A stretch of DNA of 64,000 nucleotides, taken from the NCBI RefSeq assembly GCF_009914755.1, contig NC_060932.1, one strand, 5' to 3'. Position numbers and translations under genes: made by a program. The notes under the pieces are model-generated. The model was not told where the DNA came from. It was given only the letters and a program-made list of their open reading frames with translations, and did not search any database. The DNA is from the human T2T-CHM13v2.0 reference genome, Homo sapiens. Positions 63,781 to 64,000 of the stretch are shown here, in pieces; positions within the stretch are counted from its first letter, which is position 1, and each line of letters opens with the position of its first letter.

Positions 63781-64000
63781 GGCCGGGTGTGGTGGCTCAT
63801 GCCTGTAATCCCAGCACTTTGGGAGGCCAGGACAGGTGGATCACGAGGTCAGGAGATCGAGACCATCCTGGGTAACACGGTGAAACCCCGTCTGTACTAA
63901 AAATACAAAAAAACTAACCGGGTGTGGTGGCGAACGCCTGTAGTCCCAGCTACTCGAGAGGCTGAGGCAGGAGAATGGCATGAACCTGGGAGGTGGAGCT
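63781..64000 (+). mobile_element. Alu (AluY-like), cut by window end; preceded by an old L1 ORF2 fragment (~63400-63780)
   Basis: ggccgggtgtggtggctcatgcctgtaatcccagc start. Confidence 0.93.

Overview
Human (primate) genomic DNA, AT-rich and full of Alu/L1/MIR/DNA-transposon relics. It holds the 3' two-thirds of OXR1 (oxidation resistance 1; GRAM and TLDc domains) on the + strand. Eleven coding exons (2874-60771) splice in frame with canonical GT-AG sites through the stop codon, followed by a ~1.75 kb 3'UTR. An additional short coding first exon (36041-36106, MSRLWYGKKGRRHQPINHKYTL), missed by the ORF track, starts short TLDc-only isoforms. One intron carries an antisense, frameshifted processed pseudogene of TAGLN2 inserted in an old L1. 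I found no convincing new multi-gene system. The best leads are in isoform architecture: a possible hybrid first/internal exon with an in-frame acceptor, intronic polyadenylation removing TLDc, an A14-interrupted splice acceptor, and inverted Alus around the largest exon. Other leads are a candidate extended CTCF site and an Alu with a triplicated target site. Gene and repeat identities come from recognising the sequences by eye, not from database searches; repeat boundaries are approximate.
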